A DNA stretch of 64,000 bases from the human T2T-CHM13v2.0 reference genome, Homo sapiens, in assembly GCF_009914755.1 (NCBI RefSeq), contig NC_060928.1; one strand, written 5' to 3'. The notes under the pieces were generated by a model. That model was given only the letters and a program-made list of their open reading frames with translations, had not been told where the DNA came from and ran no database searches. Of this stretch, positions 25,903-40,257 are shown piece after piece. Position 1 is the stretch's first letter. Every line of letters begins with the position of its first letter. Both the position numbers and the translations under genes were made by a program.

Positions 25903-28900
25903 TTAGAATTCCCAACTAAAAAGTATCATGTGTAAAAGAATAATTCAAAAACAATATCTGGTCATTCTTAACCACCTAAGTGTTAAGCAAAGCAGATTTC
26001 TTAGAAGCGTCATTCCTAACTACATGTTGGCAATTCAAATTATTGTTTTTGAAGCAGAAGAGAGTAGTTGTAATAGATCTTCAGAAATAAGACCAAATAT
26101 ATTATTTAGTGTTTAATCAAATCCAGGACAAGTAGAATTTATTTTGTTGCAAGAGGATAGATATGAAAAAAGACTGAATCCAGAACCAGTCCCTCCCCAG
26201 CCATAACAATATGAAAGAGCACATATAAATAAGGCATTTGGGAACAGCAATTAGCATATAACACTCAATAGATGGCAGCTGCTGTTTTTATCATTATATC
26301 TAGTATCACAAAATTGCCATCTTTAATTTTTGCCCAGGCTCCTGAGGTGTTTGGACTGACAGGTAAGAGGGACAAAAATCCTTAAGTTTAAAAGTTTACT
26401 TTGTATTGGGATGGCATTTGTTTAATGTGAATTTTACCCAATTTCTAAATATGTGTTAACTCTTTTACTTTCCATTAAGCATTAGGGTTACAAAACTGCA
26501 TTGTTGCTGACTTTAAAGATATAATAAGAAAAGATCAAGGGTTTCCAATTTTAACATATTTTTATTATTTCTTTTAATTCTCAAATTAACCCGGAATTGT
26601 AGGTCTATTTATTTTCCCATTATAGATGAAGCAACTGAGAATCAGAGAAATGCAGTGACTTATTCATGATTATAAAACTCACTAGCAGTATAATTAAGAC
26701 CAGAAATCTTAATGCTGCATAAATTGCAGTGTTAGGTCTTCTAATGTGGCATAAAGTGTGCCCCCTGCCGAGGCTTCCTCCCTAGCCTCCCAACCCAATT
26801 CACAGGTGTGAATCAAGATTTCTTTTCTGCTGGTAATCCAAGGGAATATCTGGTTATGCTGGTAATATAAAGGAAATGGAGAACTTGAGGTGGAACTCAC
26901 AGGGCAACTTTTCCCTCGGATTCCCTGAAGTTCCCTAATATAGGCAGAGTCTCTAAAATGTTGGAGGGGGTCGAAGGGGTAGGGGAGACAAAAAACTAAA
27001 TCTGAGGAAATTTCCACTTGACCAAATATCACTTCTCATGTGTAGTTACAGAATCCACTTTAATTCAATGAAAAGTACTCTGGAGAAAATTCTACTTCAA
27101 CTCACTAGATGGAACAAAGCAAATGTTTAACCTGTGCTAATATGGCATTTCTAAATTGGATTATATCCTGCTCTTCTCCACCAGCTTGGAGGCTCTTGAT
27201 TTTAAAATGAGTGTTGGTATTTCCCAATGAAGAAAGTGAAAAAACATGCAAAGAAGCAGTGGGCTGTCTTGGGAGCAAATAGGTGTTCAAACAAGAATGG
27301 AGGTCATGGATGCAATATTCAAATGGGTAATTGTGTTAGAGGACATTTAAAGTACCCTTCCAGCTAAGAGAATTTCCGAGACTGTGATCTAAAACTTTTG
27401 GGTTTCGGCCTTTGCTATCATCATTTACAGCCACATACCTGCTATTTTCATTGAGTTTTAACAAATACATCTTATCTATTATCCTTTTGCACAATGTGGA
27501 CACATCTGACTCACAAACAAATTTGATGTCTATTTTAATTTGTCTTTGAAAGCTCTAACAGTTTATTATGAAAGGTCAAGTAAATCCTTTAAGCAAACTT
27601 GCATTTGATGATTACACCCATCAGGAAATGCAGCTTTAGAGGTTGAATGGAAAAAATTTTTAGTTACCAAATATAGGATAATTCAGGGGTTAAACTGCAA
27701 TTTCAACAGGGGATTTTTTTTTGGAAAGGTACAAATTCTGAGACAAAGATTAAATGTATCATTAATAATGACCTACCACAAAATTTAAAATATCAACTGT
27801 ACAGTGTGTAAAATAGAATAACATATCATTAGAAAGGTAAAATAGTATTCTATTTAAACCTCAAAAAAGTCTTCAATAGTATATACTCTCAATTGAAGAA
27901 CTGTATCTAAATTTTGGAAAATGGTGGTGGTTAAATTTTTAATGATAAAATAGTTAATAGATATTTCTATCATAGAACTCTGCCAATATCAGATGATACT
28001 TAATGCTTTTATAGACAATACTATTAAAAGTAGTAGTAGTAGAACAATGTTCCTGATAACATAAAATCTTACTGAAGATTGAACTTCTAATTGTATCATC
28101 ATCATTCTTTTAAATGGTGTCCTTTTTGCCTCTCTTTTCCAAGTGCAGCAGAACCTGTTAATTTACATTAGCTGGAATGTCTATTGTCAATTATAAAACT
28201 TTTTAGATTAGTGAGCATGTTAACTTTTCCAATATGGAAATAAAGATTATAGTATCAAAATGTAATTTAAAATATATTGAAAGACTTGCTGGCTTAAGGA
28301 ATATATGACAATCTTTTAATTAGTTTGCTTGCCAGCTAGAGAATGAATGAATACTACCACTTTTATTTCAGTGATGCACTTTATAAAAAGGCATATGAGA
28401 TTTTCCTTTTATTGACATTGAACACAAAGTATAATTCTAGGTGTCCTAATAGAGAATTCCAGTCGGGTTGCAAAGAGTCCACTCAGCTGGTAGGCCACTT
28501 TAGAGTAATTCAAGCAGCACAGTTTAGAAAGACATTGGCCATTGTTCAGAGCAAAATGACCAATATGATGAAGTCTATAATTTACTTCATAAAATGAATA
28601 GCTGAAGGAAATTCAAGAAGGCAAGAGGTAAAAGAGAAGACTAAGGGATATATTATCAGGGCTACTATTCAACTAAGAGTACTGGTATGGCCATGCCAGT
28701 TATTACAATATTGAAATGTGACAATACTTTACCCCTATCCTGCTACCACATCAGATTCTTCCCCAAGGTGTCCCAAATCTCCCCCATTACTCAGGAACTA
28801 AAGGGGCCTGGCCCAGAAAGAGTCTCCAGCACCGATCTCCAGCTGTCCAGCTGGCAGCAGTTCTGATTGGTCAGTGGCATGGCATGCTGGTTGGTAGATA

Positions 28901-29133
28901 TTTTTCGTTATCATTCCAGAAGATAATCAGTCAGTCTTAAGATTTAGAAGAGACTAGAATCAGTATATTTATAAGGAAAAGTATGGAAGTCATATAGATT
29001 TAAGAAGTAGAGTTCTTCCAATCTAGATAAGTTATGTATAGAGAATGGTGCTTGACATCTAGTAGGTAGTAAATGTTTGCTAAATAAAAATAAAAGTAAA
29101 CGTTTCTTCTAGCTCTTAAGATTCTATCATTAC

Positions 29134-29680
29134 TGTATTAAAATGTAGGTTTTATTATTATACAGGTATGATGAGTCCAGTAGATCAGGAGATGACTGCC
29201 ATTGAAAAGATCAGTTTGTTATTCCCAGTTACCAAGAGAGGGAGTGTGCCACAAGGATGCAGGGCCACAGGGGAAGCACCAGGGTCGCTCAGGAGGCAGA
29301 GGGAGCAGGGGGGAAAGGTGGGCAAGAGCCTTTACTGTGGTTTCTGCGGGAAAGGTAAGGCAAGACAGGGTAAGCAGGCTCAGGATTGGCGACTTTGAAT
29401 AATTTCAGTATGCTCTGAGGTGTAAGAGCTGTCTTTAGTCATCTAATACTTGGATCTGGGGTGATTAGATCAAAGAGATAGTTGCTCAACATATGAGAGT
29501 CTGATAAAGGAAGCAGAGGAGGGTAGGAGCTCTGAATTGCTTGATTTACATTTGAGAGTGCTCTCAGGGTGGTGTTTGCTATCTCTTGGAATTGACTAGC
29601 CTGAGAACAGCAATCTCTCCAGAGTCAGCAAGGCCCAGATATCAAAGCATCAGAAATACAGAAAATAAAGAGGCATGATG
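29134..29680. mobile_element. Old ERVL-class LTR (MER54/MER74/LTR53 group; family uncertain)
   Basis: AGATCAGGAGATGACTGCCATTGAAAAGAT...GGGGAAGCACCAGGGTC...GGCAAGAGCCTTTACTGTGGTTT resembles recalled ERVL LTR consensus. Confidence 0.55.
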
Positions 29681-31729
29681 CTTTCTCCCGGTTATGTATC
29701 TTGAAGCAATTCCACAGGTTTTCAAAGCCCCTCACCATCCCAGCTGTCATATTCATATAATTTCTAATTTGTCGTTCTTATATCCCCCAATCTGAACATT
29801 ATTGTCCACTGATGTGGTGTTATCAAAGCAGAAAATGGTAAAATATTTTTTCTTTCATGTGCACTTTACTTCTATTAATGTAGCCAAAGATCACATTACA
29901 TTTTTACACCATCATATCACACCTGTGTCTGCCCGACCCTCTGTCCATGAGCCATTTATTAAACCTTCAAGTATTTATTTTTATCCAGTTGATTTTTCAA
30001 ACTAAATGCTAGCCTTGGAATTACAATTGTCCCTTTAATATTCCATATTTGTTATATGTTCAGTGTTTTAGTATATCAACCTCCTGCTAAAGACTGACTC
30101 TGTTATTTAAAATGCTTTATATCTTTCCTAGCTTTGTGTAATCCCTATATTTTACAAGTATGACTTTTGCATCTTCAAGTTATTAGTATTGTTGAACATA
30201 TTAATATGGTTAGAGATTTGTGGTAGAGCAATACATATCCTTTAGCTGTGTTCCCTTGGTATATTTCTAGCAATTGTTTCACATCTATTTTTTCACCAGA
30301 ATAGTTTAAAATCTGTTTTTCTAAATTGAAACATCATATCTAATTATTTTTAGAATTATATATTTTAAGTATCTTGAACTCCAAGATAACACTGTCATCT
30401 ACTCCTAAGTTCTAGCACCTCCACATAGGTGGCAGAATCACAGAACATTAGAGAAGGAGTGTTTAGGATGAAGACAAGCAGGGGAAAATTGGATGTAAGT
30501 AGACATACTGGATTACTAATAAATTAACCAAAGAATAGGAAATAAAACCCAGCTTTAACTAAACCAGTGGAAGCGGGATCATAAAGAAGTGAGATGTGAA
30601 AAGTATTTCTGACATAGATTCAATAAGTTTTTAATCAGATGGATGATGAGGAAGCATAAGAGAATAACAGGTCAAAAATAACATTAGGGTTTAAGCCTCC
30701 CACTTTTCTATCTGTGTGTATCTCTTTAAACTTTTTGCAAAGGTGAACTGCTGCTTTTTCTTTAGAAGTTCTGTATTTCACCTACATGAGGATACCCCCT
30801 CTTACCCATATCTACAGTACTGCAAAATGTATTCTCATTTGGATATATCATTTGAACTTTTGAAAGTGGTTTTGATTGGAATTCTTTTCTTTGTAAATTC
30901 CTGTCCAGATTACCTTCTTTTCCATCCTATGGGAAGACTCCATACTCTCTAACAAGATAGACATTGTAGAAAGAATTCCTCAATTCCTTTCCCTTTTTCC
31001 TCTAACAGAAATACTAGATTTCATCTTCAACACATTTATCTGGTAACTTAAACGATTTCATAAAAAGAAAGATAAATTTAGCACATGTACTGCATGAAAA
31101 TAGTGCCTTACTGTCCAAATTTATGTGGACACAAAATGAACTAACAGCCTTTATGAATTCTCCTAGAAACTCATACTAGTGGGCTGGAGTCAGATGTGGG
31201 TATGAGGGTGGGGGAGGTCTATTTCCAGATCCATTCCTGCTGCTCCCGAATTTTCACTGCTCTTTCCTTTTACGCCTTTCATTTACTTAAGATGGAGGGG
31301 GCACTTGCATTCTGAGAGGTGGTTATAAACATGGCAGAGATGGAAGTGATGGCAGAAGAAGTAAGAGTCAATTTCACATGAGTGCTAACCTTGGCTCCGC
31401 TTTGGCATTTTTGTGTCTCCCACTCCATGTTCCCATGCATTTAACAATTTCTTTCAGTTTTTTCTTTCTTTTGTACCAGCTCCTGCTCCTTTTCAAAATT
31501 TTCCATCTCTACTTCACTTCCAAATTTTCAGCCCACACCTAGATTATTGCAGCAGCCTCCAAACCAGCCTCCAAACTAGTCTCCCCAATTTCCCGTTTTT
31601 TTCCTTTAATTTTTGCTCAGATCAGGAAACGTGAAACTTGAAATTCTGTGACTCTGTTTCCGCTGCATGAAACAGAACCTTACGGTTCAGTGAGAAAGAT
31701 TCTTGACTCTCTTAAGGAAATGTAGGAAG

Positions 31730-31945
31730 ATAAATTGTTGAGCTCCAAAATATTTACTAGACATTGCGCTTAGGGCTTTCCATACATCCTCGGTTAATTC
31801 TCCCAACCACCTGTGAGGTTGCTTATTCTCGTATTGAAAATGAAGAAAGCAAGGCTTAGAGAGCTTATATAAATTTTCCAGTGAAAGCTGGAGAAAGGGT
31901 TTTATCCCAGGTCTGTCTAATTCCAAAGCCCATGTAACAACCATG
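31730..31945 (-). mobile_element. MIR
   Basis: TAATTCTCCCAACCACCTGTGAGGT...ATGAAGAAAGCAAGGCTTAGAGAG...CCCAGGTCTGTCTAATTCCAAAGCCCATG. Confidence 0.7.
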
Positions 31946-33389
31946 GTTTGTAAAATTAACAAGTAGCCATGCCATTGATACTGTTATTGCTGTTACACAG
32001 ATCTCATAATCAAAATGTTATTACTTCTTTAAGGAATTATATTTTTACACAAATTCAGAATACAATCTGACTTTTTACAATGTTTTTCTCCTAAAGAGCT
32101 GTCTATAGGATTTATGTAGTTTCTTGTGTTTGCGATCTCAGTGCTGCAAGCATTACTGTCCTGGTGGCTTTTATAAATACCAGAGAGTATACGGTGGTTA
32201 TAACAAAAATCAATATCAACTTTTTATGCTTTCAGAAATATTAAACTTCACTTAAAATTAGTACTATGTAGACTTCAAGATTCCTAATCAACCTTGCATA
32301 TTTTCAGGGAGATTAAATGTGTGTGCAAGTACTCTGAGAATTTGAGGCTGTCCTGGATTATTTATAGCTTTCTTACCTCTCAAAGACCCCAAAGGTCCAC
32401 ATAAACTTCAAACTCTGAGAAAGCTGAATTAAACCAAACTTTCAATTCCTCCATTATGAATCCAGATAATTTTCTTTTCAGTTATTTTGCTACAGCATAA
32501 AAAGTAAGGCTTCATACATTCATTTTTTTTACATTTCTATAAACCTTTTCTTGTGTTTACTTGAATACACCCCAGCAATTCAAAAATACCAACCTGGGCT
32601 GTGCAAAGTACAAGTGTTTACATGATTCTTTTGAGTATTCTCACAAAAGCGCATCCTTTAGTGCTATGTTTACTTATGAGACACTCAACAAAGATATGAC
32701 AACACTTCAAAAATTCTGGAGGGAACTCTAAGAGAGGAAAACAACATGCTCAGTTAAATGAAAATGTACTTGAAATAAATGTTATAATTGTTAGGGAAGA
32801 CTGGGAGAAAATCACTCTCCCCCAAATATTTCTTTTCTTAAAGGTTACAAGTGAAAATGAAAATTAAAGCCAAGTATGCTACCTTTTATAGCCCTTTTTC
32901 AGTATTGGTACTACATTTTTAGCTTAACTTTTGTTACTGGAATTTCTTACTACGTTTGGCTTACAAAATGTCATTCCATTTCTTGAAATAATTTAGCTGC
33001 TAACTTGGGATAATACTTAAAGAGGAATATGTGGTGTTAAGAAGGGGTTTTTGCTTATGTTATTTCTACAGCTCTATCAAATTTATGGTACACCAGAGGT
33101 ATTCCTTCCCTCCCACTTTATATGTAATATCTAATATGTATAATAGAAGAAATGTATATTGTTTAGTAAGACTTTGTTTTTAGACATGATTGATAATGAC
33201 AATGTATCTTCTTTGAGGAATGTCTGCTCTGAAATAAGCACTCTGAATTGTTTGAGAATGGAAGTAATGGTGAGAGGAGTCTTAGTTTACCTTGGTTTTT
33301 TTGTTTTGCTTGTTTTTGTTTCCCCCAAATAAAGAATACTGTTAACTAAATAAAAGAAAATGAAATGGCATTTGACCAATAACTTTGTT

Positions 33390-33570
33390 TATATCCTTCA
33401 TGCTGGACAACTCTGTGAGATCATTAGTTTTATTACCCTTACTTGGCAAATGAGGGAATTGAGGCACGGTGAATTTGCATAACCTGCTAGGGTCCTGGGA
33501 CCAATGAAGAGAAGCACTGAGATTGAGCCGGGGACTCAAATCTGTGTTCTCCTAAATCTGTATTCTCTTC
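33390..33570 (-). mobile_element. MIR
   Basis: ACAACTCTGTGAGAT...AAATGAGGGAATTGAGGCAC. Confidence 0.55.
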
Positions 33571-33934
33571 ATGATAGTATCCTACTCTCTATCCCTAGGA
33601 TTCCTGGTACAAGGAAAATTTCATTGTCATGGGTTTGGCTATTTTGAGATATTGAAAGAATAAGACTCTTTTCTTACTGTATACTAAATTAAACACCATA
33701 CACTCATCTCTTTTCCGGAGATGAGTAACTCCAGAGTGATAAGGTGACACTTCTGTTTTATAAGTTGCTATAATGCCATTCAGTTTTACAAGATCTCATT
33801 ATTAACACCTTTAACACTTTTATCCAAAGACTTTTGTTACTTTTATTTTATAGCCATATTTTTTGCTATCTTGTGAGACAAAGAATATCTCCTTCCTCAG
33901 GTTTCTGGATCCATAGGAATATCACTACCCAGAG

Positions 33935-34291
33935 AGACTCACCTAAACCTCAAGTTCCAGATTTTTTTATGAGGGTTTCATTATATAGGCATGTTTGATT
34001 GTATTATTGGCCACATGATTGAACTCAATTTCCAACTCCTCTCGCCTACCCTAAGATCAGGCTGATATCACCTTGCTCAAAGCTCTCATTCTCTAATTAC
34101 ATGGTGGGACTTCCTGGCATGACTAACCTTCATCCTGAGTCATCTTGTTAGCATAAACTCAAATATAATTTCAGGGTATCACCATAAATAACAAAGACAT
34201 TTCTATCACTCAGGAAATTCCACAGAGTTAGGAGTTATCTCCCAGGAATCAGGGATAAGGAAGACCAGACAAATTCTTTATTAATACAACA
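33935..34291. mobile_element. MER21-like LTR fragment
   Basis: TTGGCCACATGATTGAACTCAAT...TTAGCATAAACTCA...ATAACAAAGACA...ATCACTCAGGAAATTCC. Confidence 0.7.
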
Positions 34292-35468
34292 GCTGCCAAC
34301 AGGGGATGATTCTTGAACCCTTAAAACAAATCTACTAAAAACAACATTGTCATCACAGAAATTTTTTTCACATACCACCCAGCAAACCAAAATTTATATT
34401 ATAAATCAAGGAGCACCATGTAAGAAAACTAGAGAAATAGTTAGTGGTCAAATCTATAAATATTAACCAAATTTATGTAACTGTGTCTATCATATTTTAG
34501 GAGATTATTCCATCCTTAAGTATGTAGAAAGAAAATTGTATATGGGAGTTTAAGTTTGTTCATGGATTAAAAATAGTACATTCGTATTTAGCATCTGAAT
34601 ATAAAATCATTTCTAAAACCACAAAGATTATGTCAAAGAAACACAGAATTATAAACCTGGACTTTAGTGACTACTTGTACAACCCCTTTATTTTACAATT
34701 TTTTAGAAAATGAAAAATCAGATTCCTGTGCTTAAGGTAATTAATTCTTTCAAGATTTTTCATTTCAAACCATACCAGAAATATTATCATTTATCACAGG
34801 AACATAGTCTAACATTTAATAATCTTTGCATGTAGTACCAAATCTAAATTCCCTAATCTAATGATCCTGACTTGCCTTATTTTGTTGTAGGCTAAGAAGA
34901 CAGTCAGCTTCCTTTGAATAGCAACTTTACATATATTGGGCCACTCTGCCAACATCCATACCATTTCTTACTTTCTTCCAGTGATTGCGGCTACTACAGG
35001 ACTCCTTCCACAGGTGCCAGAGGTTCCACAGGTTCTTATAAGCTGAATTGTGGTGTAGCCCATCAGTGTCACCTTAGGAAAACAAATCATCATTAGAAGC
35101 TTGAAAATGCTTCACAAATTCAAATAATTATATAATTTTGACTATAATCATCCTGTTGTGCTATCAAATAGTACATATTATTCATGCTTTCTAATTATAT
35201 TTTGTGCTCATTAATCATGCCCACCTCCCCTGCAACATCTACTATCCTACCCAGTTTCTGGTAGCCATCCTTCGACTCTCTATCTCCACGTGTTCAATTG
35301 TTTCGAGTTTTATATATCACAAATAAGTGAGAACATGTGATGTTTGTCTTTCTGTGTCTTGGTTATTTCACTTAACATAATGACCTCCACTTCCATCTAT
35401 ATTGTTGCAGGTAACTGAATCCCATTCTTTTTTATGGCTGAATAGTACACCACTGTGTACTATTATAC

Positions 35469-35525
35469 TGTGTGTATGTATGTGTATATATATATATATA
35501 TATACACATATATATATATATATAC
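35469..35525. repeat. (TG)/(TA)n microsatellite inside the L1
   Basis: Seen directly. Confidence 0.85.
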
Positions 35526-38500
35526 ACCTCATAATATACCTCACTTTCTTTATCTATTCATCTGTTAATATACACTGGTTGCTTCCAAATCCTGGCTATT
35601 GTAAACAGTGCTGCAACGAACATGAGAGTGCAGATATCTCTTTGATACACTGATTTCCTTTCTTTTGGGTATATACTCAGCAGTGGGATTGCTGGATCAT
35701 ATGGTAGTTCTAATTTTAGTTTTTTGAGAAACCTCCAAACTGTTCTCCATAGTGGTTGTACTAATTTACATCCCCACCAACAGCGTATAACGGTTTTCTT
35801 TTCTCTACATCTCTCCAGCATTTGTTGTTGCCTGTCTTTTTGGAGAAAAGCCATTTTAACTGGGGTGAGATGACATCTCATTATAGTTTTGATTTGCATT
35901 TCTCTGATGATCAGTGATGTTGAGCACCTTTTCATATGCCTGTTTGCCATTTGTATGTATTCTTTTGAGAAATGTCTATTCAAGCCCTTTGTCCATTAGT
36001 TATTCAGATTACGAGATTTTTTACTATAGAGTTGTTTGAGTTTCTTATATATTCTGGTTATTAATCTCTTGTCAGATGGGGAGTTTGCAAATATTTTCTC
36101 CCATTCTGTGGGTTGTCTCTTCACTTTGTTGAATGTTTTGTTTGCTGTGTAGAAGCATTTTAACTCGATGTGATCCCATCTGTCCATTTTTTGTTGGTTG
36201 CCTGTGCTTGTGGGGTATTACCCAAGACATTTTTGCCAAGACCAATGTCTTGGAGAGTTTCCCCCATGTTTTCTTATAGTAGTTTCATAGTTTGAGGTCT
36301 TATGTTTAAGTCTTTAATATATTGGTTTGATTTTTGTATATGGTGATAGACAGGGGTTCAGCTTAATTTTTCTGCATATGGAAATCTAGTTTTTCAAGCA
36401 CCATTTGTTGAAGAGATTGTCCTTTCTCCAATGTATGTTCTTGGCACCTTTGTCAAAAATGAGTTCACTGTAGGAGTATTAATTTGTTGCTGGGTTCTTT
36501 GTTCTATTCCATTGGTCTATGTATCTGCCTATATGCCAGTAGCATGCTGTTTTGGTTACCATAACTCCTTAGTATAACGTGAAATCAGGTAATGTGATTC
36601 TTCCAATTTTGTTCTTTTTGTTCAGGATAGCTTTGGCTATTCTGGATCTTCTGTGGTTCCATATAAATTTTTGGATTATATTGTATATTTTGTGAAAAAT
36701 ATCATTGGCATTTTGATAAAGATTTCATTGAATCTGTAGATTGCTTTGTTTAGTATGGACATTTTAACAATATTGATTCTTCTCATCCATGAACATAGAA
36801 TATCTTTTTATTTTTTTGGTGTACTCTTTAATGTCTTTCATCAGTGTTTTATAGTTTTCATTGTAGAGATCTTTCACTTTTTGGTTAATTCCTAGGTAGT
36901 TAATTTTATTTGTGGCTACTATAAATGAGATTACATTTTGACTTGTTTTTTACATTGTTCACCATTGGCATATAGAAATGTTACTGGCTTTTGTATGTTG
37001 ATCTTGTATCTTGAATTTTACTGAATTTGTTTATCAGTTCTAATAGTTTTTTGGTGGAGTCTTTAGGTTTTTCCAAATATAAGATTATATCATTTGGAAA
37101 CAAGGATAATTTAACTGTTTCTTTTCCAGCTTGAATGCCCTTCATTTCTTTCTCTTTTCTGATTGCTCTAGCTACGACTTCCAGTGCTATGTTGAATAAC
37201 AGTGGTGACAGTGGGCATCCTTGTTGTCTTCCAGATCTTAGAGGAAAGCCTTTCAGTTTTTCCCAATTCAGTATGACACCAGCTTTGGGTCTGTCATAGA
37301 TGGATTTTATTATGGTGAGGTATGTACCTTCTATACCAAGTTTGTTGAGGGTTTTTTATCATGAAGGGATGTTCAATTTTATCAAATGCTTTTTCAGCAT
37401 GAATTGAAATGATTGTATGATTTTTGTCCTTCATTCTGTTGATATGATGTATCATATTGATTGATTTGTGTATATTGAACCATCCTCACATCCCAAGGAC
37501 AAGTCTCACTTGGTCATGATAAACGATCTTTTTAATGTATTGTTGGATTTGCATTGTTAGAATTTTATTGAGAATTTTTGCATCAGGATTCATCACAGAT
37601 GTTGGCCTGTAGTTTTCTTTTTTTGATGTGTCTTTATCTGGTTTCGGTATCAGGATAATACTGGCCTCATAGAATGAGCTTAGAAGTATTCCCTCCTCCT
37701 CTATATTTTGGAATAGTTTCAGTAGGATTGCTGTTAGTTCTTCTTTAAATGTTTGGTAGAAATCAGCAGTGTAGCCATCAAGTCCTAGGTGTTTCTTTAC
37801 TGGGAGACGTTTTATTATGTCTTCAATCTTATTACTTATTATTGGTCTTTTCAAGTTTTGGATTTCTTCATGGTTCAATTTTGGTAGGTTGTATGTGCCA
37901 AGGAATTTATTCATTTCCTGTAAATTTTCCAACTTGTTGGCATATAGTTGCTGATAGTAGCCACTACTGATCCTTTGAATTTCGGCAGTATCAGTTGTAG
38001 TGTTTCCTTTTTCATATCTGATTTTATTTATTTGGGTCCTCATCCTTTTTTTTCTTTGTTAATCTGGCTAATGGTTTGCTGATTTTGTTTATCTTAGAAA
38101 AATCCTTTTTGTTTCATTGACTTTTTTGTATTGTTTTCTTCATTTCAATTTCGTTTACTTCTGCTTTGATCTTTATTATTTCTTTTCTCCTATTATTTTT
38201 GGGTTCAGTTTGCACTTGCTTTTCTAGTTCTTTAAGATGCATTGTTAGATTATTTATTTGAAGGTTTTTTCTTTTTTGATGTAGGCACTTACAGCTATAA
38301 ACTTTCCTCTTAGTGCTGTTTTTGCTGTATCCCATAGGTTTTGGTATGTTATGTTTCCATTATCATTTCTTTTCCAGAAAGTTTTTCAATTTCCATCTTA
38401 ATTTTTTCATTGACCCACTGATCATTCAAGAGCATATTGTTTAATTTCCATTGAGTTTGTATAGTTTCCAAAATTCCTCTTGTTGATTTCTAGTTTTATT

Positions 38501-40223
38501 CCATTGTTGTCAGAGAAGACGTTTGATATTGTTTAGATTTGTGTAAATGTTTTAACACTTGTTTTATGACCTAACATATGGTCTATCCTTGAAAATGATC
38601 CATGTGCTGAGAAAAAGAATGTGTATTCTGTAGCCTTTGGTTGAAATGTTCCATAAATATATATTAGATTCATTTGTTGTATAGTGCTGATTAAGTCCAA
38701 TATTTTTTGTTGAGTTCCTGTCTGGGACATCTGTCCAATGCTGAAAGTGGAGTGTTGAAATCTCCAGCTATTATTGTACTGGGGTCTATCTCTCTCTTTA
38801 GCTCTAATAATATTTTTTTATATAGCTGTGTGCTCCAGAGTTGGGTGCATATATATTTTAAATTGTTATATACTATTACGGGGTTGACTCCTTTATCATT
38901 ATATAGTGACCTTCTTTGTCTCTTCTCACAGTGTTTGTTTTCAAATCTATTTTGTTTGATATAAGGATAACTACTCCTGTTCATTTTTTGTTTCAATTGG
39001 CATGGAATATCTTTTCACATCCCTTTATTTTCAGTCTATGTGTATCTTTATAAGTGAAGTGTGTTTCTTGTGGGCAACAGATCATAGAGTCTTGTATTTT
39101 CATCCATTTGGCCACTCTGTGTCTTTTGATCAGAGAGTTTAGTTCACTTATATTTAATGTGATTATTTACGTGTAGAAACTTACTCCTGCCACTTTGTTA
39201 TTTGTTTTCTGGTTGTTTTGGGGTCGTCTCTCTTTTCTTTTCTTCCTTCCTGTCTTCCTTTCAGTGAAGATAATTTTCTCTTGTGCTTTAACTTCTTGCT
39301 TGTTTCTGTTGTGTTTTTTGATTTGAGGCTATCATGAGACTAGTAAATACTGTCTTGTAACTCATTATTTTAAACTGAAGACAACTTAACACTGATTGCA
39401 TAAACACAGAAAGAAAACTCTACACTTTAATTTCATCAACTCACTTTTTAATTTTTTGTTGTTCCTTATGTCTTGTTGTACTGTTTATATCTTGAAAAGT
39501 TTTTGTAGTTATTACTTTTGATTGGTTCATCATTTAGTCTTTCTACTTAAGATAAGAGAAGTTTACACACCACCATTACAATGTTATCATAGTCTGTGTT
39601 TCTCTGTGTGCCTACTATTACCAGTGTACCAGTATTTTTACCTTCAGACAATTTCTTCTTGCTCATTAATATCATTTTCTTTCAGATTGAAAAACTCCCT
39701 TTAGCATTTCTTATAAGACAGGTCTGGTGTTGATGAAATTCCTCAGCTTTTGTTTGTCTGGGAAAGTCTTTATTTCTCCTTCATGCTTGAAGAATATTTC
39801 CACCAGATATACTATTCTAGCATAAAAGTTCTTTTCCTTCAGCACTTTAAACATGTCTTGCCACCCTCTCCTGGCCTGTCAGGCTTCCACTGAAAAGTCT
39901 GCTTTCAGATGTATTGGAGGTCCATTGAATGTTATTTGTTACTTTTCTCTTGCTGCATTTAGGATTCTGTCTTTGTCTTTGACTCTTGGGAGTTTGATTA
40001 TTAGATGCCTTGAGTTAGTCTTCTTTGAGTTAATCTGCTTGGTGCTCCATAACCTTCTTGTACTCGAATGTTGATCTCTTTCTCCAGGTTTGGGAGGTTT
40101 TCTGTTATTCCTTTGAATAAACTTTTTACCCTTATCTGTTTCTCTACTTCTTCTTTAAAACCAATATCTCTGAGATTTGCCCTTTGGAGGCTATTTTCTA
40201 GATCTTATAGGTGTGCTATGTTG

Positions 40224-40257
40224 TTTTGGTTTGGTTTGGTTTGGTTTGGTTTGGTTT
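40224..40257. repeat. (TTTGG)n pentanucleotide repeat, about 6 units
   Basis: Seen directly. Confidence 0.9.
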